A DNA stretch of 64,000 nucleotides from Gammaproteobacteria bacterium. GTDB taxonomy: Bacteria > Pseudomonadota > Gammaproteobacteria > CBDDKY01. Below the pieces are notes generated by a model. It did no database searches and was not told where the DNA came from. It saw only the letters and a program-made list of their open reading frames with translations. A program made the translations under genes and the position numbers. Shown here piece after piece: positions 39,482 through 49,489 of this stretch (position 1 is its first letter; each line of letters opens with the position of its first letter). The stretch is taken from the NCBI GenBank assembly GCA_965230455.1, contig CBDDKY010000003.1, forward strand, positions 45,626-109,625, read 5' to 3'.

Positions 39482-40453
39482 TTGATAAAAAAATCAACAG
39501 GTTGCTCTATGTATATGCTAGATATAAAATATTTTATCTTTGCCTTTATGTTAGTTGGGTATGCCAGTTCGAAATGTCATATTTTTCATATAAACACATC
39601 TGAATTACTAGTAAGGTTGTTATTTTATATATTAATGCCAATTATTTTATTCTTTGAAGTTGCAAGATTACCAATTGCAGAAACGCTATCATGGGGTTAC
39701 ATTAGCACCTACACTTGTGTCTACATCATAACATTTACACTTAGCGCAATAATTTCACAATTTTTTTTTAAGAGAAACACTACCAATACTCTTCTTAATG
39801 CTATGGCGTCTACACATCCTAATGCTGTTTACATTGCATTGCCTTTATTTCTCTTACTTTTTAAAACAAGTGCATTAATTGCCACTACCATTAGCCTACA
39901 AACCTGCTTTAACTTTTTTATGCTAGCTAAACTTGATTTATTAACCACGAAACATTCTATTAATAGCACCAATTTCTACATAATAGCACGAACCATTATA
40001 AGAACACCTATTTTAACTGGAATATTATTAGGTCTGGTTTTTAGTTTTTTTCATATTACATTTCCAGAATCTATTTATTCAACTTTTAACGCTATTACTT
40101 ATTTCACTTCATCTCTTGCACTATTTGCCTTAGGCTTATCTCTTGGCGCTTCCTCAGTAAAATTTGATAAACAACAAAGATTAGAAATATTAACTCTAGT
40201 TTTTTTAAAGTCACTATTACACCCACTGTTTGCTTTTTTAATAGGTCATTACGTATTTTCTTTAAATAGTAAAACATTAATAGCGGTTATTTTAATGGCA
40301 GCTATGCCAACAGCAAAAAGTTTATTCATCGTTGCAAAACGGTATGAAGCAAATACCAGTCGCATAAACACCGTTATATTCATAACAACCATTTTCTCAG
40401 CTGTTACAATTAATGTTATTTTCTTAATAGAAAGCTATTTATCAATCAAATAA
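39482..40453 (+). CDS. Auxin-efflux-carrier (AEC, Mem_trans-like) family membrane transporter with about 10 TM segments. The gene is very AT-rich.
   Basis: It is hydrophobic throughout. Two halves have similar topology ('ALPLFLLLF', 'FALGLSLGAS'). GC is around 30%, much lower than core genes. The true start may be Met12. Confidence 0.6.
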   Translation: MIKKSTGCSMYMLDIKYFIFAFMLVGYASSKCHIFHINTSELLVRLLFYILMPIILFFEVARLPIAETLSWGYISTYTCVYIITFTLSAIISQFFFKRNTTNTLLNAMASTHPNAVYIALPLFLLLFKTSALIATTISLQTCFNFFMLAKLDLLTTKHSINSTNFYIIARTIIRTPILTGILLGLVFSFFHITFPESIYSTFNAITYFTSSLALFALGLSLGASSVKFDKQQRLEILTLVFLKSLLHPLFAFLIGHYVFSLNSKTLIAVILMAAMPTAKSLFIVAKRYEANTSRINTVIFITTIFSAVTINVIFLIESYLSIK

Positions 40454-40454
40454 C

Positions 40455-40712
40455 TATACCCGTAGCGGTTGAATTTTAGGTGTTGCATGAAGCTTTCCAT
40501 GGAGCACGCTATTGTTTTAAGCGCCAGATGTCAATTAGATTTGAATGATGTTGCCCTAAAAAAGAGAATGGTAGCTATTGTAAGTCTTAGTTTTGTTATA
40601 GTAGGTCCCAAGAGAGTTCTACCCGACGATTTTTTTTAGGGCAATATCATTCAAAGGTGGTTGGCAGGTGGCAGGTGGCAGCTCAAAAACCTAAAATTCA
40701 ACCGCTACGGGT
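40455..40712. repeat. MITE-like element of about 255 bp with 23-bp inverted termini and nested palindromes. It abuts the ISAs1 left end.
   Basis: 'acccgtagcggttgaattttagg' at 40457-40479 and 'cctaaaattcaaccgctacgggt' at 40691-40713. Inner inverted repeat 'tgatgttgccctaaaaaa'/'ttttttagggcaatatca'. Triple 'ggcaggt' run. Confidence 0.6.
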
Positions 40713-40719
40713 ATATAGT

Positions 40720-41974
40720 CCAGGGCTGTCCCATTAAAATTATGCTAAGAGGGGTTGGTAAAAGTTCACTAAAGGATTACACTTCTTGCTTTACAAAACA
40801 AGGAGTTAGTGATGGCCAGCTCAAAGCAACCCGCCTTTCTTTATCATTTTGATAAGCTAGAAGACCCAAGAATTGAACGAAAGAAACTTTATCCGCTGAA
40901 TGAAATTTTACTCACTGTTTTATGCGCAAGCATTTGTGGCGCACAAAGCTGGCGAGATTTTGTAACGTTTGGCGAGGAAAAACTGGATTATCTTCGGCGC
41001 TTTCTGCCCTTTGAGCAAGGCATTCCATCAAAGAACACCTTCGCTAGGGTCATGTCAGCTTTAGAGCCAGAAGCTTTTAGAGCGTGCTTCATTGCCTGGG
41101 TTCAGTCTTTTCAATCAGCGTTAAAGGAAATCATTGCTATTGATGGCAAGTGTCTAAGAAAAAGTTTTGACGCTGCAGCAGGACAATCAGCTATCCATAT
41201 GGTGAGTGCTTTTGCCACGTCGAGCAAGTTAGTATTAGGGCAAGAAAAAGTCAATGAAAAGTCTAATGAAATCACAGCTATCCCAAAACTATTAGATTTA
41301 CTGGCTCTCGAAGGCTGCATTGTAAGTATCGACGCAATGGGTACACAGAAGAAAATTGCGAAAAAGATCCGCCAAAAAAAAGCGGATTATGTTTTATCCT
41401 TGAAAGGGAACCACAGTACGTTACATGATGATATTACTCTATTTTTATCGAGTGAAGTTGAAAAATTGTGTCAAGGCAAACCGCACAATATTACAGACCA
41501 ACACGAAGAGTGTGATAAAGGTCATGGACGTATTGAACGGCGTTTATGTTATGTAAGTGAGCGACTAGATTGGCTGACACAGAAGAAGGATTGGTGTGAT
41601 ATAAAAACCGTTGCCATGGTGGAGTCACAGGTCAACCAGGGGGCAAAAACGACAACAGAGCGACGTTATTTTATTAGCAGTATGGCTGCGAATGCAAAAG
41701 AATTAGCACAAGCCATACGTAGTCATTGGGCTATAGAGAATAGTTTGCATTGGGTTTTAGATGTCACGATAGGAGAAGATTTATCACGAGTGCGAAAAGA
41801 TAATGCGCCTGAAAACATGGCGATGGTTCGCCATGTTGTTTTAAATTTACTCCGAGGTGCCAAACCCCAGTTCCGAAAGGATATGAGCCTCAAGGGCCTG
41901 CAAAAGAAAGCTGGATGGGGTGAAAAAACACTCAATACCATTCTTATGCAGGAATTTTAATGGGACAGCCCTGG
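40720..41974 (+). mobile_element. ISAs1-family IS element (H-repeat-associated type transposase), apparently intact.
   Basis: 15-bp terminal inverted repeats 'ccagggctgtcccat' at 40720-40734 and 'atgggacagccctgg' at 41960-41974 bound the 383-aa DDE transposase ORF. Confidence 0.8.
40809..41960 (+). CDS. ISAs1-family transposase.
   Basis: 383 aa. The N-terminus 'PRIERKKLYPLNEILLTVLCASICGAQSWRDFVTFGEEKLDYL' matches the DDE_Tnp_1-associated domain. It has the DDE core and the C-terminal 'HWAIENSLHWVLDVTIGED'. Confidence 0.88.
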   Translation: MMASSKQPAFLYHFDKLEDPRIERKKLYPLNEILLTVLCASICGAQSWRDFVTFGEEKLDYLRRFLPFEQGIPSKNTFARVMSALEPEAFRACFIAWVQSFQSALKEIIAIDGKCLRKSFDAAAGQSAIHMVSAFATSSKLVLGQEKVNEKSNEITAIPKLLDLLALEGCIVSIDAMGTQKKIAKKIRQKKADYVLSLKGNHSTLHDDITLFLSSEVEKLCQGKPHNITDQHEECDKGHGRIERRLCYVSERLDWLTQKKDWCDIKTVAMVESQVNQGAKTTTERRYFISSMAANAKELAQAIRSHWAIENSLHWVLDVTIGEDLSRVRKDNAPENMAMVRHVVLNLLRGAKPQFRKDMSLKGLQKKAGWGEKTLNTILMQEF

Positions 41975-42007
41975 TATATAGTCTGAGGGACCGACACAAA
42001 TTCATTT

Positions 42008-42727
42008 TTAAAAACAAAGGGTTGAGAAATAATTATAGGTTTCTTGCTTTAAGAAGCTAAGCGCTTCCCTATATTGTTCATTGGTTATTTGATAACGCTT
42101 ATAAATTAATTCACAACCTAAAAAGAAACGCGATAGCACTCGCCTATGTTTCGTTGAGTTTGCTTGAAAGTGCCATTGTAAATTATTCATCTCACCAACC
42201 GTGCCTATCAAATAAGCAAATAAGGACGCTAAGGCTGCAATGATGAGTATCACCCGATATCGGCTTTTGCTCTTTGAAAAAGTCTCTCGAAGCCCAAGAC
42301 CATAGCGTCCACTTTTCATGTCACGGAACCCCTATTCTATACTCATCCGTAACTGATAAGCACCAACAATGTACTTTGCAGGAGCTTCTAAGGATGATAT
42401 TAATAACCAAGGTTCTATCACTGACGCTTTGTGGCGATTACTTTTTTGCGTGCGGCTAGGGCGACCTGTTCGCGTATGTGCATGACGTCCTTGGCCTGGC
42501 TTTTTATACAAGTAAAAGAAACCTGGAAATTCTTTTTGTCGACAATAATAGCCTTCCCCTAGATACTTAGGCTTCTTCGTCGCCTTACCCCACACATCAT
42601 GCCAATCGTCCGGTTGCAAATCCTCATCTGTAGAGATATTACTGTGCCCCCTCAGACGACCAATAAAGTCCCACCCTAATTTACGCACTAACGTGAACCA
42701 AGACAAACGAAACTCCACGTCTGTCAC
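42008..42727 (-). pseudogene. IS4-family DDE transposase remnant. It is frameshifted and N-terminally truncated.
   Basis: Two adjacent minus-strand ORFs, '...SLEAPAKYIVGAYQLRMSIE' and 'MKSGRYGLGLRETFSK...', rejoin by a frameshift into the IS4-type C-terminal signature 'YxxRWxIE..F(R)DMKSxxGL'. Perfect 26-bp inverted repeats 'tatatagtctgagggaccgacacaaa' sit at 41975-42000 and 43231-43256. Confidence 0.65.
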
Positions 42728-42825
42728 TAAAATGGGGCGACACGTTTCTGGAAGAACATGCTTTAGTTTATTTAAAAAGTAACGATATAAACGAACACTA
42801 AACTGTTCGCTTCGCTCATATATAT

Positions 42826-43256
42826 AGTCCCCGCAGTTGAAAGTTCGGGAAATTATTTGTTAATGTGATAACATAAGTTTTATATTTTAGCGCCTGGATG
42901 TTAGTCAGATTTGGACAATTTTTACTGAAAAAACGAGGATTTTAGCTATTCTAAATGACAAGTTTTTTCAGTAAAAATTGTTCAAAGATGGCTGGCAGAC
43001 AGACAGCTAAAACCCGAGGTTTCAACTGCGGGGACTATATACCCTGAGGGACCGACACAAAAAATTATTATAAAACAATCAGTTAAAGATCTATCAAATC
43101 AGGTGACTTAACAAGCTGAATTTAATAGTTAATCATATGTTACATAATCAGCTTTTTTATCCTTATTTTTAAGTAGCAAACGATAAGGGTTAAATCATAT
43201 AATCGTTACTCTTTGTTTTTTAAGGTTATTTTGTGTCGGTCCCTCAGACTATATAG
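42826..43256. repeat. Cluster of hairpin and MITE remnants inside the IS graveyard.
   Basis: 22-bp inverted pair 'tccccgcagttgaaagttcggg' (about 42826) and 'cccgaggtttcaactgcgggga' (about 43010). A perfect 19-bp hairpin 'caatttttactgaaaaaac ... gttttttcagtaaaaattg'. A third copy of 'ctgagggaccgacacaaaa' at about 43045 pairs with 43228-43250 to delimit a MITE of about 210 bp. Confidence 0.55.
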
Positions 43257-44373
43257 CAATTTCACTTCAAGATGCGAACACAGGTTTTTCTAAGATTTGA
43301 AAATTATCTGTTATTCTTGAACGCAATAATCTTTTCTTTTTGCCAATATGCCTAAAAAAATGTTTGATAGCCTCGGTAAAATCAGAAAATTTTTCATAAT
43401 ATTTATTGTAGGTAACTTGCTCATGCATAATCTTCCACAGTCGTTCTACTGGATTTAGATTGGGTGAATATGGCGGTAAATAATGTATGACTATCCCCAG
43501 CTCTTTAGCAAAATCCTGTACTAATCCACTACAATGGTAACCTACATTATCCCAAATAATGTGCACTTTATAATTTCCAGGGTGATGTTTACGCAGCCGA
43601 AATAAAAAGGATTGTATGCTTTCTTCATTGATCTTGTCGGATTGCTCATAAACAACTTTGTGATTAGTTAAGCAGACTCCGCCCATAAAGTTTAAGCGGT
43701 ATTGTCGAGCTGTTGTAGCAATCGGTTTACGCTCGCCTTTCATTATCCAACCATAAGCTAGCCTTGTTTGATGTTGTGGATGAACACTATCAACAAAGTA
43801 AATAGGCTCTTTTCTACCCGCTTTTTTCTTTAGTTTCTCATAATAGGTAATAAAATCTATTTGCTTAGTTTTATCTGCTTTAGCAGGAACTGCATTTGGT
43901 TTTTTATAACGAAAACCGTGCTGGTGTAACCACTTCGTCATGCCACTGATGGTGTATTTTTTATTAAAAGTTTTGCGTACATAAGCACAAATATCTTTTA
44001 CATAGCGGTAAGTGTATTTTTTTAAATGTGATAAAAGTAACTGCGACTGCTCTTGGTTAAGTTGACTATTGCTGCCGCCATTTTCTGGCTTTAATTTAAA
44101 TGTTTTAAAATAATCAGAAATATGCCGACGAATGGTTTCATCATCTAATAATAAAAGACGAGCAACTTCAGAGTAACTGTAGCCGTCATCGTAAGCTAAT
44201 ACAGCCTTGATTCGGTCGCAAGTCCGCTTGTCGCGCTCTTTTTTATGGCGCCGTTGCAGCTTTTCACGTTCTTGTGTTGTTAGCTTTCTATTCATAACGG
44301 TATTTGATCATATCCTGATGATTTATGCAACTTTTTTAAGTCAAATTCGCATCTTCAATGGCGAGTGCTATAT
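43252..44373 (-). mobile_element. IS630-family IS element, copy 1 (about 1.12 kb). The target is a TA within 'tatata'.
   Basis: The ends 'tagcaatttcacttcaagatgcg' and '...cgcatcttcaatggcgagtgcta' form imperfect terminal inverted repeats flanked by TA. Copy 2 at 61978-63099 is more than 99% identical. Confidence 0.85.
43267..44295 (-). CDS. IS630-family (Tc1/mariner-like) transposase.
   Basis: 342 aa with an N-terminal HTH, DDE/D core 'IYFVDSVHPQ' and 'IHYLPPYSPNLNPVERLW'. Confidence 0.9.
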   Translation of the reverse strand: MNRKLTTQEREKLQRRHKKERDKRTCDRIKAVLAYDDGYSYSEVARLLLLDDETIRRHISDYFKTFKLKPENGGSNSQLNQEQSQLLLSHLKKYTYRYVKDICAYVRKTFNKKYTISGMTKWLHQHGFRYKKPNAVPAKADKTKQIDFITYYEKLKKKAGRKEPIYFVDSVHPQHQTRLAYGWIMKGERKPIATTARQYRLNFMGGVCLTNHKVVYEQSDKINEESIQSFLFRLRKHHPGNYKVHIIWDNVGYHCSGLVQDFAKELGIVIHYLPPYSPNLNPVERLWKIMHEQVTYNKYYEKFSDFTEAIKHFFRHIGKKKRLLRSRITDNFQILEKPVFAS

Positions 44374-46348
44374 ATTCAATGCCTATATCTCGTGTTCTTT
44401 TAATAAAATCTTCATGGCCATCTTCATGATTAAAATAGTAAGGCGTTAGAGGAATGTCCTTCTTCTTCATTTCTGCTAAAATTAAATTACTGAGTTTTCT
44501 ACCTAGACCTAATTTTTCAGCACAGAGATAAATATGGTTTAAATAGTAAAAGGTGATGCTTATTGACTCATAGCTTACTGAAACTTTTTCGCTTCCACCT
44601 TGTACCATTTCACCCAGCAATTCTCGGCTAATAAATTCTGCACCATGAGCGCCAGTCTTGGTTAGCGTTTTATGAGACAGGGCAGCAAGCTCTGGTATAA
44701 GTCTATCCTGCATTTCTTTGAAAAATACTTCCAGGCCTTCCTTCTCTCTTCTAAATTTTTTCTTAGTATTGTTAGTTTTAGGATAAAAATCCACAAGCAT
44801 AGATAAAAGTAGCATCAGCCGCATGCGAATTAAAAACCATCCAAACTGAAAATGAAGGCTATCTTTTTCCTCAAAAATTTCCATACGCTTTTCATCACAG
44901 CGTTTAATTAATGAAAAAAGCTTATCGAAAATATTTGCGATATTACTGCCATGCTTTGATAAAATAATAACAGAGTTTTTATAAAGACTTAGCAAGTTTA
45001 CAGCCGTATTTCGCAAAAAAGCATTTCCCATATTATCTGCAGTTTCTCGTATATTTTTTTCTATATCAAGCAAGGTTGCCTCAATATATAAATTAAAAAG
45101 TTCTTCGTATAAAAAACTAGGCAGTAAACTATTAGTAATATGTGGTGCTAGAAAAATCCTCACGGCTTTCAAGGCTTTTTCAAAAGCATTTATTGCTTCT
45201 TTATTTGATTTTTTTAAGCCTTTCATGCCGTTTTTTAACTTTAGCAACAACTGGCTATATGCTTTTTCATTGAATTTCTTTACATATCCCTCAGAAAGGG
45301 CAGATAGCTCATGATTTCTGCGTCCTATTCGTCTCTGGTAACCTTGAAATTTTTCACCCAAAAAAGCTTTTGTAAAAATTTTCTGCATGTCAGGGTCGCT
45401 ACCAGAAAACAATTGCTCTTCATCAGACTGTGTTAAGGGAACATGCTTCTCTAGGCGGGCAATATAATTACCCATAGGCTCTTCTAATTCCACAGGGGTT
45501 TTATCTGCTAAGCAAGCAATGCCTTTATAGCTTGCAAATAATACATTATGTTCAATAAGCACAGGCAAACTAGCATCCAGCCATTCGCCTTCCCGTTTAA
45601 TAGCCTGCTGAAGTTCTATTTGGATTTTTGTTGCCTCATCGCCTGCAAAGTTTAATTGACTCAATTGTCTTTCTTTTGCTTTAATCTCTGCCCGGAGCGC
45701 TGTCAACTGTTCGGCAACATATCCCTCAACCTCCTCGGCAAACTCAAGGTTGAATTTAAGGAACTCAAAACAAGCCGTCAAGTCTCTATTAAAGGATACA
45801 AAAAGCAGCTTACTTAGCATGACCTCACATAGGCGTAAGCATCTCACTAAAGGCCCAAGTTCAAGCGCCGCTTTTTCTTTGCTACTTTCATAGGCTTTAC
45901 CCGCCTCAAAAAATATTTTTTTCCAGAGTGCATTAAATAGATTCACCAAAAAGCTAACATTTAGCTTTTTATCCAAATACATCCCAAAAGAAACTAAAAC
46001 GCTGTTCAGTGCAGATTCTGCCCAACTATCCTCATACGATGAGTTTAGCGGATTGTACTTAGCCTTGATAACAGCCATATAAGCCTGAATATCCTTAAAG
46101 ACATCATAAAAAGGTTTGAATATTGAGGAATGTTCATGTTCAATGCAGTAGTTATCAAACGCCTCATAGAATGTATCGCTCTTACTCAGGCAAATATCGA
46201 AGGTCTTATCATCGATGGTATAGCTATGCATTAGGTCTTGCAGTAGCTGCTCTTCCTCAGATAACGTGGTACTTTCCGACTCATTCACCACCGTATCTGT
46301 TGCTGCTTGTTGAATATTCATGCCCCATAACCTCCTGATTAAAAACAC
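44336..46348 (-). CDS. 670-aa alpha-helical protein of unknown function. Its 3' end is interrupted by IS630, and the last 12 codons plus the stop come from the IS terminus.
   Basis: The ORF crosses the IS630 right boundary at about 44373. The tail 'YIALAIEDANLT*' is encoded by the IS terminal repeat. There are no transmembrane segments and no known motif. Confidence 0.6.
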   Translation of the reverse strand: MFLIRRLWGMNIQQAATDTVVNESESTTLSEEEQLLQDLMHSYTIDDKTFDICLSKSDTFYEAFDNYCIEHEHSSIFKPFYDVFKDIQAYMAVIKAKYNPLNSSYEDSWAESALNSVLVSFGMYLDKKLNVSFLVNLFNALWKKIFFEAGKAYESSKEKAALELGPLVRCLRLCEVMLSKLLFVSFNRDLTACFEFLKFNLEFAEEVEGYVAEQLTALRAEIKAKERQLSQLNFAGDEATKIQIELQQAIKREGEWLDASLPVLIEHNVLFASYKGIACLADKTPVELEEPMGNYIARLEKHVPLTQSDEEQLFSGSDPDMQKIFTKAFLGEKFQGYQRRIGRRNHELSALSEGYVKKFNEKAYSQLLLKLKNGMKGLKKSNKEAINAFEKALKAVRIFLAPHITNSLLPSFLYEELFNLYIEATLLDIEKNIRETADNMGNAFLRNTAVNLLSLYKNSVIILSKHGSNIANIFDKLFSLIKRCDEKRMEIFEEKDSLHFQFGWFLIRMRLMLLLSMLVDFYPKTNNTKKKFRREKEGLEVFFKEMQDRLIPELAALSHKTLTKTGAHGAEFISRELLGEMVQGGSEKVSVSYESISITFYYLNHIYLCAEKLGLGRKLSNLILAEMKKKDIPLTPYYFNHEDGHEDFIKRTRDIGIEYIALAIEDANLT

Positions 46349-46481
46349 TTAAGTTGGCTATTATCTTTCCAAGGTTACATTTTGTAAAGCTTATGACATT
46401 TGTTGTGCCTTGAGCCTCTAGTCTTATCCCAGCTGAACTGCTATCCTAGACCCTTTGATGTTCATACGTAATATAATACTC

Positions 46482-48959
46482 ATGGAATCCACCTATTCCC
46501 CCGCCATCCTTGAAGAAGCTGTACAGAAAAAATGGCTTAGCGAACAAACCTTTGCTGTCAAAGAAGACTTAACCAAAGAGAAATTCTTTTGTCTGGCGAT
46601 GTTTCCCTACCCCAGCGGTAAGTTACACATGGGCCATGTGCGCAATTATTCCATTGCCGACGTCATCGCTCGCTATCAGCGCATGTTAGGGAAAAATGTG
46701 CTGCATCCCATGGGATGGGATGCCTTCGGGCTGCCGGCTGAAAATGCTGCACGCGCCCATAACACCCAACCTGCTAAGTGGACCTATGCGAATATTGAAC
46801 AAATGCGTGAACAATTTAAGCGCCTGGGCTTTAGTTATGATTGGGATAGAGAGATAGCCACCTGTAAGCCGGACTATTATCGCTGGGAACAATGGCTTTT
46901 CACCCGACTGTTTGAAAAAGGCTTGGTCTACAAAAAAAATGCCATGGTGAATTGGGATCCGGTGGATGAAACTGTCCTTGCCAACGAGCAGGTGATTGAT
47001 GGACGTGGCTGGCGCTCTGGCGCGTTGGTAGAGAGGCGAGAAATTCCGCAATGGTTTATTAAAATTACCGCTTATGCCGACGAACTTTTACAAGATTTGC
47101 AACACTTAGAAGAATGGCCCGAACAAGTCCGTTCTATGCAAAAGCATTGGATTGGCCGCTCAGAAGGGGTAGAGATTACTTTTGAGGTTGAAGGTCTACA
47201 GACACCCCTGCAGGTTTATACCACCCGCCCAGACACCCTCATGGGCGTTACTTATTTAGCCTTGGCACCACAGCATACCTTAGTGCAACAGCAGCTAGAA
47301 GCCCATCCTGAGCTGTTACCCTTTATAGAAGAATGCCAGCATATCCAAGTATCAGAAGCCGCCATGGCCACACTGACCAAAAAAGGCATGGACATTGGGC
47401 TGCGCGCTATTCACCCTATCACAGGTGAAACTATCCCCATTTGGACGGCTAATTTTGTTTTGTTGGAATACGGTTCAGGTGCGGTTATGTCGGTGCCAGG
47501 ACATGATGCGCGGGACTTTGAATTTGCTACCGCTTATGGCTTACCTATCCAGCAAGTCATTGAACCTAACCATGGCGAGCCGGTGGATTTAACCCAACAA
47601 GCTTTCACCGGCCAGGGTGTTTTAATCAATTCCGGCCAGTGGGATGGACTGCCTTCTGAAAAAGCCTGCCATACTATTATTAAAGCCTTGGAAGCAATCA
47701 ACAAAGGCCAAGGCCAGGTGCATTATCGCCTGCGCGACTGGGGAATTTCCCGGCAGCGCTATTGGGGAACACCCGTTCCTGTGATCCATTGCATGCAATG
47801 TGGCCCACAAGCGGTACCCCCGCACGATTTACCGGTGGTATTACCTGAAGACGTAGATTTATCGGGCAATGATTCGCCTTTAAAGCATTGGGACGATTTT
47901 GTAAACGTCCCCTGTCCTCATTGCCAACAACCAGCAAAGCGCGATACAGACACTTTTGATACCTTTATGGAGTCTTCTTGGTATTATGCGCGCTTTGCCA
48001 GCTTTGATCAGCACTCTGCCATGTTGGATGACAGGGCCAAGTATTGGACGCCGGTGGATCATTACGTGGGAGGTATTGAACATGCTGTTATGCATCTGCT
48101 CTACGCACGTTTTTTCCATAAATTATTACGCGATGAAGGCTTGCTTAACAGTGATGAACCTTTTAAGCGCCTGTTAACCCAAGGCATGGTACTAAAAGAT
48201 GGCACGAAAATGTCTAAATCCAAGGGCAATGTGGTGGACCCACAAACACTCATCGACCAATACGGTGCTGATACCGTGCGTCTTTTTGTGTTATTTGCCG
48301 CGCCCCCTGAGCAGTCCTTAGAGTGGTCTGACAGCGGCGTCGAAGGTGCTTACCGTTTTTTAAAACGTCTGTGGATTTTTGCTGTAGAGCATGGGGAAGC
48401 CATTAAATCACTTAATGCCCTACAATCACCTACAGATTGGGAACGTATCCCTGCTGAACTTCGCACGGTTCGCCAAACCATGCATCAAACCTTACAGCAA
48501 GCCAATGGTGATATTGCCAAGTCTCAACTGAATACCGTTGTCTCTGCAGCAATGAAACTATTAAATTTATTACAAAAGCTACCACAAGACACGCAACGTC
48601 CTACCCAATGCTTGCGCCAAGAGGGCCTAAGCCTGTTGCTGCGCCTTTTAGCGCCCATCACACCACATATTACGCAAACCCTGTGGCAAGACTTAGACTT
48701 TGGTACACTCATCATGGATGCACCTTGGCCTAAGGTGGATGCGAAAGCCTTACAAAGCGATAGCATGGCGCTTATGATACAAATTAATGGTAAGGTCCGC
48801 GGTAAAATGCATGTACCCTGTGATGCTGACGAAACCACCATTCAACAATTAGCCTTGGCTCACGAAAAAGTAAAAACGCAGTTACAAGACAAAGCCTGCC
48901 GAAAAATTATTGTCGTACCTAAGCGACTGGTCAATGTGGTGCTGGGAGACAAAACCTAA
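46482..48959 (+). CDS. leuS: Leucyl-tRNA synthetase.
   Basis: 'HMGHVRNY' (HIGH), 'KMSKS', 'GWDAFGLPAENAA' and the CP1 editing domain. The start is placed at the internal Met ('MESTYSPAILEE...'). Confidence 0.96.
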   Translation: MESTYSPAILEEAVQKKWLSEQTFAVKEDLTKEKFFCLAMFPYPSGKLHMGHVRNYSIADVIARYQRMLGKNVLHPMGWDAFGLPAENAARAHNTQPAKWTYANIEQMREQFKRLGFSYDWDREIATCKPDYYRWEQWLFTRLFEKGLVYKKNAMVNWDPVDETVLANEQVIDGRGWRSGALVERREIPQWFIKITAYADELLQDLQHLEEWPEQVRSMQKHWIGRSEGVEITFEVEGLQTPLQVYTTRPDTLMGVTYLALAPQHTLVQQQLEAHPELLPFIEECQHIQVSEAAMATLTKKGMDIGLRAIHPITGETIPIWTANFVLLEYGSGAVMSVPGHDARDFEFATAYGLPIQQVIEPNHGEPVDLTQQAFTGQGVLINSGQWDGLPSEKACHTIIKALEAINKGQGQVHYRLRDWGISRQRYWGTPVPVIHCMQCGPQAVPPHDLPVVLPEDVDLSGNDSPLKHWDDFVNVPCPHCQQPAKRDTDTFDTFMESSWYYARFASFDQHSAMLDDRAKYWTPVDHYVGGIEHAVMHLLYARFFHKLLRDEGLLNSDEPFKRLLTQGMVLKDGTKMSKSKGNVVDPQTLIDQYGADTVRLFVLFAAPPEQSLEWSDSGVEGAYRFLKRLWIFAVEHGEAIKSLNALQSPTDWERIPAELRTVRQTMHQTLQQANGDIAKSQLNTVVSAAMKLLNLLQKLPQDTQRPTQCLRQEGLSLLLRLLAPITPHITQTLWQDLDFGTLIMDAPWPKVDAKALQSDSMALMIQINGKVRGKMHVPCDADETTIQQLALAHEKVKTQLQDKACRKIIVVPKRLVNVVLGDKT

Positions 48960-49489
48960 TGAATACTCGCTGCCATTATACAATCCTACTCGGTATGCTT
49001 TTATTAATGCTTGCAGGCTGTGGCTTTCAACTACGCGGCAAAGCCGCTTTACCACCACAATTGAATCCCCTGTATTTACAGTCCAATGACCCCTTTGGGC
49101 AATTTAGCAAAACCCTGCAGAACTTGTTAAAAGTGAATAATGTGCAATTGGCCCCAGCCCCTCAAGATGCAACCTATACACTGCATATCATCAGCGCCAA
49201 TACAGAAAGCTTAGCGCATACCCTGAGTAATGATAGCAGTGACTCTTCGCAAGTCTATCAGTTGACATATCGCGTGGTTTACGAGCTACTCAATCAAAAA
49301 GGCCAAAGAATTCTTGGCCCTGCAAATGCGTTGGCTGAACGTAGTTACACCACCAACCCTAGCCAAGTGTTTGGCAACAGCACAGCCCTGGATAGTGTTA
49401 AAAAAGGCCTTGCACAACAGGCGGCTTTTCAGCTATTAATGCAGCTAAGTTCCCAGCAAACAGCGAACGCACTTGCACAAGGCTCATGA
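48959..49489 (+). CDS. lptE: LPS-assembly lipoprotein LptE (RlpB).
   Basis: Lipobox 'LLMLAGCGFQLRG'. It lies in the conserved leuS-lptE-holA order. Confidence 0.85.
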   Translation: MNTRCHYTILLGMLLLMLAGCGFQLRGKAALPPQLNPLYLQSNDPFGQFSKTLQNLLKVNNVQLAPAPQDATYTLHIISANTESLAHTLSNDSSDSSQVYQLTYRVVYELLNQKGQRILGPANALAERSYTTNPSQVFGNSTALDSVKKGLAQQAAFQLLMQLSSQQTANALAQGS

